Source: Thermoplasmata archaeon (GTDB lineage Archaea > Thermoplasmatota > Poseidoniia > Poseidoniales > Thalassarchaeaceae). Taken from it: a stretch of DNA of 64,000 bases. Location of the stretch: contig PBXQ01000073.1 in NCBI GenBank assembly GCA_002727675.1, positions 31,272 through 95,271 on the forward strand, written 5' to 3'. The stretch's first letter is position 1; each line of letters starts with the position of its first letter. Shown here in pieces: positions 29,601 through 38,065 of this stretch. The notes beneath the pieces are model-generated. The model was not told the origin of the DNA and did not search any database. It saw only the letters and a list, made by a program, of their open reading frames with translations. Made by a program: the position numbers and the translations under genes.

Positions 29601-32201
29601 ATTATTGTACAGGACTCTGTGGATCCCCCTACCTCATTAACATTGAATTATTGGAGGGAAGGGGAAGATGATTTGAATTATGATAAAATTCCAAATGAGA
29701 ATGAATATGTCACATTGTTGTTAAAAACTCCTGAATTACAACCAGGTGGTTTGAATATTTTTGAGGGTTTAATTCCTGATATTATGAATGATCATGGGGA
29801 ATATGTTTCATTCTATTTGACTGGTTCTGATGGTCAAGGAAATATGTTAGCTATGGGTGGCGGACCTGTATGTCTAAACAATGATGCTCCGTGTGGAGAT
29901 TTACCTACCCAATCTCCTCCTTGTTGGGATTGTGATTTAGTCACATATCAAATTCGTGAGGAATTTGAACCAATGCTTTTATTGGATGGAAATACCACTA
30001 TTGTAGGCCATGATGATTATGAGCCCTTACATCCGGGGATTATTTACAATGCTAATTTACGTGTTTGGGATAATAATGGGTGGGCAGATATTCAATCAGT
30101 CAAACTGGCTCTAGGTGATGATATTAATGCTAATGAAACTGCCATTTGGGCTAATTTCACTAAATTAGATAGCGGTAATTTAGAAATGAATTTAGAATCT
30201 GGCGGTTCAGGATTAGCAGTATCTAACTTATACAGTTCATTTTCTCCTTACAATGATTCAGCAATTGATTTGAGTATTCAATTTCAACTTACTTGGTTAT
30301 TCCCTGAATCATGGGATTCAGATGGGGAACAGACCTTTTTACCAATCATTGAAGTGACTGATTGGCCTTGTAATTTAGATGAAACAACTCCTTGTTTTGA
30401 ACACAGAAATGGTCTTGGTAATGATCGTTGGAGTTTAGATAACGATTTGCGGTTTGATTTATCTCCAGGGCATTTTACTGCAATAGATTTAGCAACTGGC
30501 CGTAATTTGTATAATGGTGGTGAGGAGCAATCTACGATAGCTGCTGGTCAAGTAGTAAGGGTGAATGGTCGTATTCTTTTCAGTGAAGATCAAACACCAG
30601 CTCCAGAAGGTGCTTTTGATATTGTAATAGGTAATTTAGAGCTAGAATGGAATGCAGTGCCTAGAGATGGAGGGGAGTTTACTACTGATATTTTAGTTCC
30701 TAATGTTAGGAGCGGTCATTTGGACATGATTGCTTGGTTGGATAATTTGCCCGGATTAGCCGCTGATGAAACCGGTGAACAACCGAGGATATTGCTTGAA
30801 GTAGATGGTAATTCCCCTCAAATAAATTCTGTTCTACCTTATGGCGATATCTCAATTTCTGAGGCATCATCAATTGATGTATTTATCAATTCTAGTGATG
30901 ATCACGGATTTTTATTGGATAATAAAGCGGTATTTCATTACAAAGTTAAGGCAGGTGAATCAGAAGTTTCACGAGGTTCAAAGGAGTTTGGTACTTTGCT
31001 TGAGCAGTATGGCTTTGGACATTGGACTGGCCAGGTTGATCTTACCGACGGGGGGGTAACAGAACTACTCCCCGGATATACTGTAGATATTTGGGTTACA
31101 GGTTCTGACGCTGCGGGTAATCCATATGTTTCCGAAAATAATACTGAGTCAAGTCCACTTGCTCAGTGGTATATTACTAGAGTTGGTCCAATAGTAGAAT
31201 TAACTGAATTAGATATTTATTGGTCAGATGCAACTCCAGTTTCGGGAGAAAATGTGACTTTGAATATTGCTGGTACTAATCAAAATGGAGAAGAAGGTAC
31301 TCTGACTTTTGCATTGCAACAGAAGACCAAAAATGGTGATTGGGTTTATGTCGTTAATGCTTCAACAAATTCGCTTCTTAGGGCTAATGGAAATTTCACA
31401 ACTGTGATAGATATGGCTACTTATGAAGTTGATGAAGAAGTTGTAGAGAGGTATCGAATAGTTGTGAAAGATGGTCACGTAATTCTAGATAGGATGTCAC
31501 TTGAGCCATTGATATTACAACCTCGTGTTGTTCGTGATGGGCAGGCAATTTCTGAGCAGTTTAGTGAAAGTACTGGCACTGTTTTACTTTATGTAGCGTT
31601 AATGGTTGCTTTGATTGTAATTGTCTTATTGGTGGTAATGAATAGAAATTTAACTCAACTTGATGAATCTGACCCTGCTAATCAAACAGATGAAGTCGCA
31701 ACAGAACTTAGTGATTCTCCACCCCCCCCGGATGGATTTGATCCAAACACCACCCCTCCTCCACCAGTTGGATTTGATCCAAACACTCCCCCTCCACCAC
31801 CAGTCGGATTTGATCCAAATACCGCCCCTCCCCCGCCAGTTGGATTTGATCCAAATGCTAGTAATGTAGTAGTTGAAGAGGTTGAGTTAGAGGCACAACA
31901 GGATGCGCCGCAGTCCTCAGGCGATCATTATTGGACCGACAAGCAATTGTTAGATCAGGGTTGGAGTGAATCACAGATTTCCACATATAGAGCTCAGCAA
32001 GCAGAATCTCAGAAACCTACTATTTCTGGTACAAAGTTGGATTATAACGAAAAGGTAGTCCAACGGGTAATGGATAAATATGGTTTAACTGATAAAGATA
32101 AATTCTTGGCATACGCTGAATTCTTTGATGCCGATGGTAATCGTTATCTCAAAGAACAAGAGTTAGAAACAGCGGCATCTGAATTGTTGGGAATGAATTA
32201 A
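26685..32201 (+). CDS. Giant secreted, C-terminally anchored protein with Pro-rich repeats and an EF-hand in its cytoplasmic tail
   Basis: Signal peptide; propeller-like and beta-sandwich regions (SADNGTHW, SNDNGTNW); TM VLLYVALMVALIVIVLLVVM; 4x PPPPxGFDPN; DADGNRYLKEQE. Confidence 0.75.
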   Translation: MLGEYKRSKISSFIILLMLISILSPLIQFSSFDVAASSGSRHVYTFSDGSTESISLYQSGQPATNIKVALPKGAEVTDVEMTLSGASSTGWNTIRHSSQSDWMSGVSIDTDARSDSVSLAIDSPEFDFSTHGMDSGTNYGNSWLDNGSFSIRQPRTSNATENRFTPQTTVSSPFATYGAGAAMNYRGWTYVSTFSTTNLNQLVQKTYPNNLSTASNVQFIEGNCNIPSPTAPSYYSYYGFRDWTIGDDEKLYGILGLNRQYTTSNDLILVVMDIRYEDVWTCLNTYDLSSNSYGPYTGISYDRSRDAIWVLHSVRNAVTGYIFNSDGTFERDSNLYFDYFSSYNEQNGLVVQDNLFYFRSKYSWAQDRLEAYAISGSSTTLVKQAGERSISANGFGLYYNGERLSLIDHYQWSARYYREYGTGWAYPISPQPGTSSWISEPINTNSDVRVVNVETSWSITSAGDRVDYWVSADNGTHWVQVTNNQTVHFDYPGNQLRWKTQLVGGSSVSWWVSLEYGFNYHTSGTWTSLPIPTGTQVGNLRSQWVADTPSSTSISVEVSNDNGTNWHSSSNNQLIELQNQGSELKYRVTHTTNDSTQSPMLESFDLEYEEGYPSAVRLDIGDDNVNEYIGTGILNQPIVIDGPELVSAFNDHIDDNGVGISNITLALSAGSPGRIKVSNLDITYKMKTRALDVQVEGGILVPDGDNRVAMIRVAKGDEADRLTQVNVELISNVNNNSILQWQSGDSCSVLSNSDNLVKFDAANCTSSTDGNGIMSILMPIQSNWEWDDESNIEALIYIDDDLGRQVNGWQTDDLDLRTENDIVLVNLGVADETGRVLSSNDWVRGGLEITFQGELMFEGTTYTPQAGQFDIELTGQNLSLVGDPEESEKQYHIEPNPSHGQFSLTITSPIESSPGGMLFRVKATNLKNGSTYINPEYNSVKLILDGNSPLVIGATPADGSEQHKGNPDQPVQIIVQDSVDPPTSLTLNYWREGEDDLNYDKIPNENEYVTLLLKTPELQPGGLNIFEGLIPDIMNDHGEYVSFYLTGSDGQGNMLAMGGGPVCLNNDAPCGDLPTQSPPCWDCDLVTYQIREEFEPMLLLDGNTTIVGHDDYEPLHPGIIYNANLRVWDNNGWADIQSVKLALGDDINANETAIWANFTKLDSGNLEMNLESGGSGLAVSNLYSSFSPYNDSAIDLSIQFQLTWLFPESWDSDGEQTFLPIIEVTDWPCNLDETTPCFEHRNGLGNDRWSLDNDLRFDLSPGHFTAIDLATGRNLYNGGEEQSTIAAGQVVRVNGRILFSEDQTPAPEGAFDIVIGNLELEWNAVPRDGGEFTTDILVPNVRSGHLDMIAWLDNLPGLAADETGEQPRILLEVDGNSPQINSVLPYGDISISEASSIDVFINSSDDHGFLLDNKAVFHYKVKAGESEVSRGSKEFGTLLEQYGFGHWTGQVDLTDGGVTELLPGYTVDIWVTGSDAAGNPYVSENNTESSPLAQWYITRVGPIVELTELDIYWSDATPVSGENVTLNIAGTNQNGEEGTLTFALQQKTKNGDWVYVVNASTNSLLRANGNFTTVIDMATYEVDEEVVERYRIVVKDGHVILDRMSLEPLILQPRVVRDGQAISEQFSESTGTVLLYVALMVALIVIVLLVVMNRNLTQLDESDPANQTDEVATELSDSPPPPDGFDPNTTPPPPVGFDPNTPPPPPVGFDPNTAPPPPVGFDPNASNVVVEEVELEAQQDAPQSSGDHYWTDKQLLDQGWSESQISTYRAQQAESQKPTISGTKLDYNEKVVQRVMDKYGLTDKDKFLAYAEFFDADGNRYLKEQELETAASELLGMN
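31719..31857 (+). repeat. Four copies of a 36-nt coding tandem repeat (PPPP[VD]GFDPN[TA])
   Basis: GGATTTGATCCAAA at 31734, 31770, 31806 and 31842, exactly 36 nt apart and in frame. Confidence 0.95.
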
Positions 32202-32209
32202 TATTAATT

Positions 32210-32560
32210 CTAAGCGTAATTGTCTGTTACTGTTAACATGGATGTTTGGTATGCGTCGAAGATAGACCACAGAAATATAAGTGGCCATAACAAGCAAAAT
32301 AGAAGGGGTATTTGTAGTGCAAACCAATCAAAAGCCTTACTGTGTTGACGATTAAAATGCTGACCTAAATATAAGAATGGAATTAATGCTAGAGCAGTAG
32401 CAATGAGTGGTCTCAATGCACCCCATGGCCCGACACCCCCCGTGATTTCACTAATGATTACCATGATTACAAAAAATGGTGTATGCCACCGAGGCGAATT
32501 TTCCAATTTGTCACGCAAACGTTCTGCAACTCGTTGCGAAAATTCACTGCTCACATTCAT
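32210..32560 (-). CDS. Hypothetical membrane protein (about 3 TM)
   Basis: Hydrophobic segments; ATG 32560 preceded by AGGTAGGA avoids overlap with the upstream gene (ORF open to 32641). Confidence 0.65.
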   Translation of the reverse strand: MNVSSEFSQRVAERLRDKLENSPRWHTPFFVIMVIISEITGGVGPWGALRPLIATALALIPFLYLGQHFNRQHSKAFDWFALQIPLLFCLLWPLIFLWSIFDAYQTSMLTVTDNYA

Positions 32561-32603
32561 TCCTACCTGTTTTCTATTTTGAGTTAAACGGTCATTTGAG
32601 TCA

Positions 32604-33170
32604 TTATCTGTCAAATTGTAGTATAGTGTTGTCTTTCCCAATTAATTTCAACCAATACATTCCTAAAACCAAGAGTGCTAGTGCAACGGCATATATTACA
32701 TAATGAAAATCAATTCCTATTCTAGTAACTATGCTTTGTTCTAATATTGAAATACGCCATCCAATTGATCCAGATAATATTGAAGAAATAATAAGGGTCA
32801 AAGCACGCCTTTTTTGTGCAGATTCAGACTGCTCAGCAAAACTCTTGGGCCCAATTCCCATTTTTAGTACCATTCGTAGCCATAGTGGGAGTAAGCGTTT
32901 AAAATCATTAAGTGACTGAGAACAAAGCCAAAGTCCAAAACCACAACCAAGTAGTACCAAGTCTCCTTGAGACCATGCCCAATTCAGTGGATTAATTGTT
33001 GGTGCAATATCACTAATAGCAATAATAATTGAAATGAACCCTATAGCATAAATCATCGCATCTGCCAAAATTAATCCAAAATCAGCACTTCTCTGCCCAT
33101 CAATTATTTCAAACCGATCTCTTGAATGCTCTAATGAGAGCAATTCTAGTTCGTCCATGGCCTTCGGCAA
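32604..33170 (-). CDS. Hypothetical membrane protein (about 4 TM)
   Basis: 188 aa ORF with four hydrophobic stretches; true start may be the ATG four codons in. Confidence 0.65.
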   Translation of the reverse strand: MPKAMDELELLSLEHSRDRFEIIDGQRSADFGLILADAMIYAIGFISIIIAISDIAPTINPLNWAWSQGDLVLLGCGFGLWLCSQSLNDFKRLLPLWLRMVLKMGIGPKSFAEQSESAQKRRALTLIISSILSGSIGWRISILEQSIVTRIGIDFHYVIYAVALALLVLGMYWLKLIGKDNTILQFDR

Positions 33171-33233
33171 TCAATCGATGCCATAATGGGTGCGTACCAT
33201 TTGGGGTGGTTAGAACGGTTTGAGGGGTATAAC

Positions 33234-34283
33234 TTGAGTAGCGAAGTGTGGTTAACGGGATTCAAGCCATTTGGCGAAAATATTGATAATATTTCTCAAA
33301 TAGTTACCGAATCATTAGATGGTTTAAATGAAAGAATTAGTTTAGGTAATACAAAGTCACCCTTTTCTGCTGAGAAGCGTGAATCAACGATTTCTATAAA
33401 ATCTGAAATTTTAGATGTTAACCAATTAGGTTCACGAATTATTTCTAGTCGTTTGAAACAAAATAATCCTCAAGCGGTGGTTCATCTAGGTTTAGCTCAA
33501 AACAGGGAGAAAATATCCATTGAAACGGTTGCCTTAAATGAACTTGATTTTACTATCCCAGATAACAATGGGAGGAAATATTCGGGATTAGTAGATGAAT
33601 CTAGACATCAATTACTTCATTCTAGTGCCCCAATCAATCTAATATTGTCTGAATTTGAGGGGGATGAAAGGGTAGTAAAAAGTTCAGATCCTGGAAGATT
33701 TGTTTGCAATGAAACTTATTTCAGGTCGTTATTATCTATGTCTAAAGAGGGGTGTAAGGATCGGTTAGGCCGTCCCCTTCCAGTATTATTTGTCCACTTG
33801 CCCCAACCTGAGTATATTCCTTTGGAGGAACAGATTGAATTGGTTAAGAAAATAATTGCAATTACAGTTCAAAGGCCCAAGGTTGAGGTGGTAGGGGGTT
33901 TGCTATGTCGGCCAGATGGAACTTTACTTGCAGCACAAAGGGCCAAAGACGAATATATGGCGGGTTATTGGGAATTTCCTGGTGGGAAAATAGAGTTAGG
34001 AGAGAGTGAAACCGAAGCATTAACTCGTGAATGGATGGAAGAATTTGGATGGAAGATTAACCCAATTAGATGTTGTGAGAAGTATTCTCATGCATGGCCG
34101 GAAATGGTTGTTAATCTGTCTTTTTGGGTCTGCGAGCCAGTAGGGGAATTACCAGAAGCAATAATGACTTCACATGATCAGTATCGTTGGTTAAAGAATG
34201 ATGAATTAATGGCCGTTGATTGGTTGCCCCCTGATATTGAATTTGTAAAAAGAATACAAGAAAAGGGGATTGGGAATCTGTAA
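33234..34283 (+). CDS. Pyroglutamyl-peptidase I (C15) fused to a MutT-like Nudix hydrolase
   Basis: WLTGFKPFG, VVHLG, ETVALN (Glu), GRFVCN (Cys), FVHLP (His); then YWEFPGGKIELGESETEALTREWMEEFG (Nudix box). TTG 33234 follows GAGGGG (ORF open from 33186). Confidence 0.9.
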   Translation: MSSEVWLTGFKPFGENIDNISQIVTESLDGLNERISLGNTKSPFSAEKRESTISIKSEILDVNQLGSRIISSRLKQNNPQAVVHLGLAQNREKISIETVALNELDFTIPDNNGRKYSGLVDESRHQLLHSSAPINLILSEFEGDERVVKSSDPGRFVCNETYFRSLLSMSKEGCKDRLGRPLPVLFVHLPQPEYIPLEEQIELVKKIIAITVQRPKVEVVGGLLCRPDGTLLAAQRAKDEYMAGYWEFPGGKIELGESETEALTREWMEEFGWKINPIRCCEKYSHAWPEMVVNLSFWVCEPVGELPEAIMTSHDQYRWLKNDELMAVDWLPPDIEFVKRIQEKGIGNL

Positions 34284-34778
34284 TCATTTGTTTTTTTCAA
34301 ACCATTCAGTAACTTTACCATCTCTTCTCATTGCAAATTCATCACTAACAAATCTAGGAACTTCTAATCTTCCTTCGTGCCAAGTGGCTTCTTCAAGCCA
34401 AGATTCTAAATCGGTCCCTTTGAGGTGTATTTCTATAGTTCCTCCTAAACTTTTTTCATTAGGCAGAACATAAGAAATTTTGTTGGCTATTGCTGCCTGT
34501 CTTGATATACTAAAGATGGTTTCATTATTGTGTATATTGGCTGCCATAGCATCTAGCGAAGTATCAAGAATTCTTAGTTCTGCAATACGATTTAGGAATG
34601 TTGCTAAATCAATATCATGAAATTCCCATTCGATAATATTATTTCTAATAGGGAATTGTTTTTCTTCTATTATTGGTAATGTGATGTTCGGGAACAATTG
34701 CAATATTGCTTTGGCTACCATGTTTGGGTCATCGGCCGGCCGAACCGATGTGGAAATATGAGCTTCAGGGACTTCCAT
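34284..34778 (-). CDS. UPF0201/DUF54-like putative RNA-binding protein
   Basis: VRPADDPNMVAKAILQLFP, RILDT, ISRQAA, LGGTIEI resemble the archaeal DUF54 family. Confidence 0.65.
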   Translation of the reverse strand: MEVPEAHISTSVRPADDPNMVAKAILQLFPNITLPIIEEKQFPIRNNIIEWEFHDIDLATFLNRIAELRILDTSLDAMAANIHNNETIFSISRQAAIANKISYVLPNEKSLGGTIEIHLKGTDLESWLEEATWHEGRLEVPRFVSDEFAMRRDGKVTEWFEKNK

Positions 34779-34868
34779 GGGTATTGGGAAGAATCGGTAG
34801 ATGATGAATAATCCCCCTCATCCTAGGTAATATTGACATTCAACCCTCTATTAGCCGAGGTGTTAGTA

Positions 34869-35927
34869 ATGGCTGAGCCGTATATTGTTACCGTCGTACC
34901 TACTTATCAAGAAGGGGAACATATTGAGCGTTGTTTACGCTCATTAATTATTCAAACATGGCCTTCAGAAAGACATCTAATTCATGTGGTGGACGGAGGT
35001 AGTAATGATGGTACGCGTGAAATAGTTGCTGAAATTGCTAAAGAATCTAATCAAAATAATGGGCCTGAAATAATTCTAATTGATAATCCAGACAGGTTTG
35101 TAGCACAGGCGAGAAATTTGAGTTTTTCTTTATTACCTTCAGAAACTACACATGTATTTGAGATGATAGGACATGTTTGGATTCCACCAAACCATATTGA
35201 AGAGAGGATGCTTGATTTGAGTGATTTAGAAGAGCATTCAGAGGTTGATTCAGATAAAATTGCAGGCATTGGTACTTTAGTACGTGAAAGTGACCAAGAT
35301 TTAGGTTTGATCGGCCGTTGGATTGAGGCCACATTGCAAAACCCCTTAGCTAGTGGGAGGGGGCAATTCGCTCAATTTAGTGGGCGTGAAAAAACATCAA
35401 TTCCACCATTTACAATTTACCGCCGTGCTGCAATTGAAGCATTAGGTGGTTGGGACCCACGTTTCATTACTACACAAGATTCCGAATTAAATTCAAGATT
35501 AATTGATGATGGGTGGTCGTTATGGCGTTCAGATGCGTCATACTGTAGGATGGCTAAACGAACTACGATTAGCGGGTGGCTTCGTTTTAGTCATCGTTAT
35601 GGATTTTGGAGGACTAAACATTTGCTTAAAACTCCAGGTCGTGCATCAATACTCGAATTTATGCCTTGGCTTGGTCTAATTTCGACAATGATATTATATT
35701 ATTTTCAGATTAATTTTGTTTCTTATGATGCCTGGATAATTCTTCCAATTGCATATATAATTGTAATTTTCCTTCATGGCTTTCTAGAATCTATTTCTCG
35801 CAATCAGCCTTCTTTATTTTTGGGAGTCCCATTATTGTTAATTACATTACATATATTCTTTAGTTTTGGTTTATTAGATGGCTTATTACGTAAAGGTAAA
35901 GCACCTAAGGACCGTGTAAATAAATAG
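34869..35927 (+). CDS. GT2 glycosyltransferase with C-terminal TM helices (ExoA-like)
   Basis: VVPTYQE, VDGGSNDGT, ARN, GGWD, QDSEL, RYGFWR; C-terminal TMs; GAGGTG before ATG 34869 (ORF open from 34833). Confidence 0.88.
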   Translation: MAEPYIVTVVPTYQEGEHIERCLRSLIIQTWPSERHLIHVVDGGSNDGTREIVAEIAKESNQNNGPEIILIDNPDRFVAQARNLSFSLLPSETTHVFEMIGHVWIPPNHIEERMLDLSDLEEHSEVDSDKIAGIGTLVRESDQDLGLIGRWIEATLQNPLASGRGQFAQFSGREKTSIPPFTIYRRAAIEALGGWDPRFITTQDSELNSRLIDDGWSLWRSDASYCRMAKRTTISGWLRFSHRYGFWRTKHLLKTPGRASILEFMPWLGLISTMILYYFQINFVSYDAWIILPIAYIIVIFLHGFLESISRNQPSLFLGVPLLLITLHIFFSFGLLDGLLRKGKAPKDRVNK

Positions 35928-36002
35928 CATATGTGTTGAATATATTTTCATCATTTTGTCACAACATTGAACCCCTATGTCACCATCGCACTAACTAGTT
36001 GT

Positions 36003-36860
36003 ATGTCTGATAGTGATAAGAACACGATGAATGCGTGGGCATTACTAATTGTTCCGTTATTAGTTGCAGCATTAATTGGGGAGGTAATTCCTGGGATCGA
36101 TTTACTTCTTGTTGAGACTTGGCAGAAGGGTGTTTACTATGCCATTGCTTTAGTAATCGGGATATTTTTGTTCCGTGGTTCAAGAAAGGTAAAAGATCAC
36201 GAGTTTCATCGTGTTAAGAATATCAAGAAATTACGTAAGGCATACATTGCTGAGGATAGAGGTTTGTGGACCAAGGCTGATTCTGCTATGGCACAGCTTG
36301 AAAGAGATGCAGAAGGTTATCAGGCTAGCGATAAGGATTTAGTAAAGGGTAAGAGGGCTATGGAAGTATTTCGTACTAAGGGTACAGATGAACTAGATGC
36401 AGATGCAGATAAGGAAGAAGTCCGTTCTTTGCTTGATGAGGATCATGTAAAGAAATCAATGGCTAGGATGTCTGGTGATGGTGATCAAATGCCAAATTTA
36501 TCTGGTGCAGCAATTGAAATGATGACTTCTAAGAGTTCAGGCCAAACTAACGTAGATGATATGTTAGCAGAGTTGGCTGCTGAAGATAAGCGTATTAAAG
36601 ATAAGAAAGAGAAATCTGAGCCTAAGCCTAAAACCCAGCCGAAGCCTAAGCCAAAACCAAAGCCAAAACCGCAAGAGGCAGCGGGGGGTAAGATGGGGTC
36701 TGCAGGTGTTTCTAGTGTTGATGATTTGTTTGATGATTTAGGTGCTTCAATTGGTGGCGGGAAGAGTGTTAGTAAAGAAACTAAGATTTGTTTAGATTGT
36801 GGGGGTCGCAATACAATTGGTCGCGCCAATTGTAGTAATTGCGGTTCATCTTTGACTTAA
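36003..36860 (+). CDS. Hypothetical membrane protein: 2 TM, charged region, (KP)n linker, C-terminal zinc ribbon
   Basis: Two N-terminal TMs; PKPKPKPKPKP; CLDC...CSNC. Probable ATG 36003 (ORF open from 35967). Confidence 0.7.
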   Translation: MSDSDKNTMNAWALLIVPLLVAALIGEVIPGIDLLLVETWQKGVYYAIALVIGIFLFRGSRKVKDHEFHRVKNIKKLRKAYIAEDRGLWTKADSAMAQLERDAEGYQASDKDLVKGKRAMEVFRTKGTDELDADADKEEVRSLLDEDHVKKSMARMSGDGDQMPNLSGAAIEMMTSKSSGQTNVDDMLAELAAEDKRIKDKKEKSEPKPKTQPKPKPKPKPKPQEAAGGKMGSAGVSSVDDLFDDLGASIGGGKSVSKETKICLDCGGRNTIGRANCSNCGSSLT

Positions 36861-36915
36861 TATCCGGGTCAGATTCAAAACCATTGGGTATCAGCGATAC
36901 TTTGTTGGTGGGGCT

Positions 36916-38064
36916 ATGGCTAAGAGGGACTACTATGAAGTTCTAGGATTAGGTCGCGACTCTACAGATGATGAATTGAAAAAAGCTTTCAGAAGTTTGG
37001 CACGAAAGAATCATCCAGACAAGAATCCAGACGACCCAGAAGCAGAATCACGTTTCAAAGAAATTCAGGAAGCATATGCAGTTTTATCTAATCCAGAACA
37101 ACGTCGTAGATACGATATGTTTGGGCATGATGCCCCAGGTGGAAGTCCATTTGGACCAGGTGGATTTGAAGGTGTAAATATTTCATTTGATGATTTATTT
37201 GGTGGTGGTGGTTTTGAGTCGGTATTTTCACAATTTTTTGGTGGTGGTAGTTCACGGGGCCGTTCTAACCGTGGTAATGATATCCTGATTAGGCATTCAA
37301 TTACAATGGCGATGGCCATGCTAGGTGGCGATACAGAGTTAGAAGCTAATCTATACACGCCTTGCGAATCCTGTGAGGGTAGGGCTGCTTCAAGTCCCGA
37401 TGGAGTCAAAACTTGTAGTACCTGCTCAGGACGAGGTCAAGTAGCACAAAATCGTAAGGTTGGTCCATTCATTCAACAAGTTGTAAGTGATTGCCCTAAT
37501 TGTAATGGGGATGGTAGAATAATTACAGATCCTTGCAAGGAATGCAGAGGTGAAGGTAGAGAGAAGAAAAAACAAACCATCAAGTTTGGGATTCCTGCAG
37601 GTGTATCTGACGGCACTAGAATGAGGATGGGTGAAAGAGGTGAACCACTTAGGGGTGGAGGCGGCCGACCTGGTGATTTGTATATTCAAATTAATATTTT
37701 AGAACATGAATGGTATGAAAGGGATGGTTCTGATTTGCTAATGGCTCTTCCAGTTGGTTACCCTGAACTTCTTCTTGGAACTAAAGTTGTATTACCTCAT
37801 ATTGACGGCAAAGATATCACGATTGATGTGCCAGCGGGTTCCAACCCCGGAGATACACTTGAACTAAAAGGTAGGGGTTTTCCACGTTCTAGGGGGCGTG
37901 GTCGTGGAAATGTTACGGTGTTACTGAAATTATTTGTGCCAGAAAAACTACCTAAGAAAGTTAAGAAGAAAATCGAGGATATGCAAGATGAAATTGGTAT
38001 TGACCATGATCTGATAGAGGATTTAGTTCGTCAAGAAGCCAGAAAACGTCGTCGTTCTCGTTGA
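36916..38064 (+). CDS. dnaJ: Chaperone DnaJ
   Basis: KRDYYEVLG, HPD, G/F-rich region, four CxxCxGx(G) repeats, GDLY. Confidence 0.97.
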   Translation: MAKRDYYEVLGLGRDSTDDELKKAFRSLARKNHPDKNPDDPEAESRFKEIQEAYAVLSNPEQRRRYDMFGHDAPGGSPFGPGGFEGVNISFDDLFGGGGFESVFSQFFGGGSSRGRSNRGNDILIRHSITMAMAMLGGDTELEANLYTPCESCEGRAASSPDGVKTCSTCSGRGQVAQNRKVGPFIQQVVSDCPNCNGDGRIITDPCKECRGEGREKKKQTIKFGIPAGVSDGTRMRMGERGEPLRGGGGRPGDLYIQINILEHEWYERDGSDLLMALPVGYPELLLGTKVVLPHIDGKDITIDVPAGSNPGDTLELKGRGFPRSRGRGRGNVTVLLKLFVPEKLPKKVKKKIEDMQDEIGIDHDLIEDLVRQEARKRRRSR

Positions 38065-38065
38065 G

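Noticed and set aside
31719-31857. 36-nt periodic repeat resembling a mini CRISPR array
   Set aside because: In-frame coding repeat; the 'spacers' are near-identical Pro codons, the period is too short, and no cas genes are present.
33159-33168. GCC-TTC-GGC, the reverse complement of the core of the 19789 hairpin
   Set aside because: Only a 3-bp stem, expected by chance; not counted in the hairpin set.
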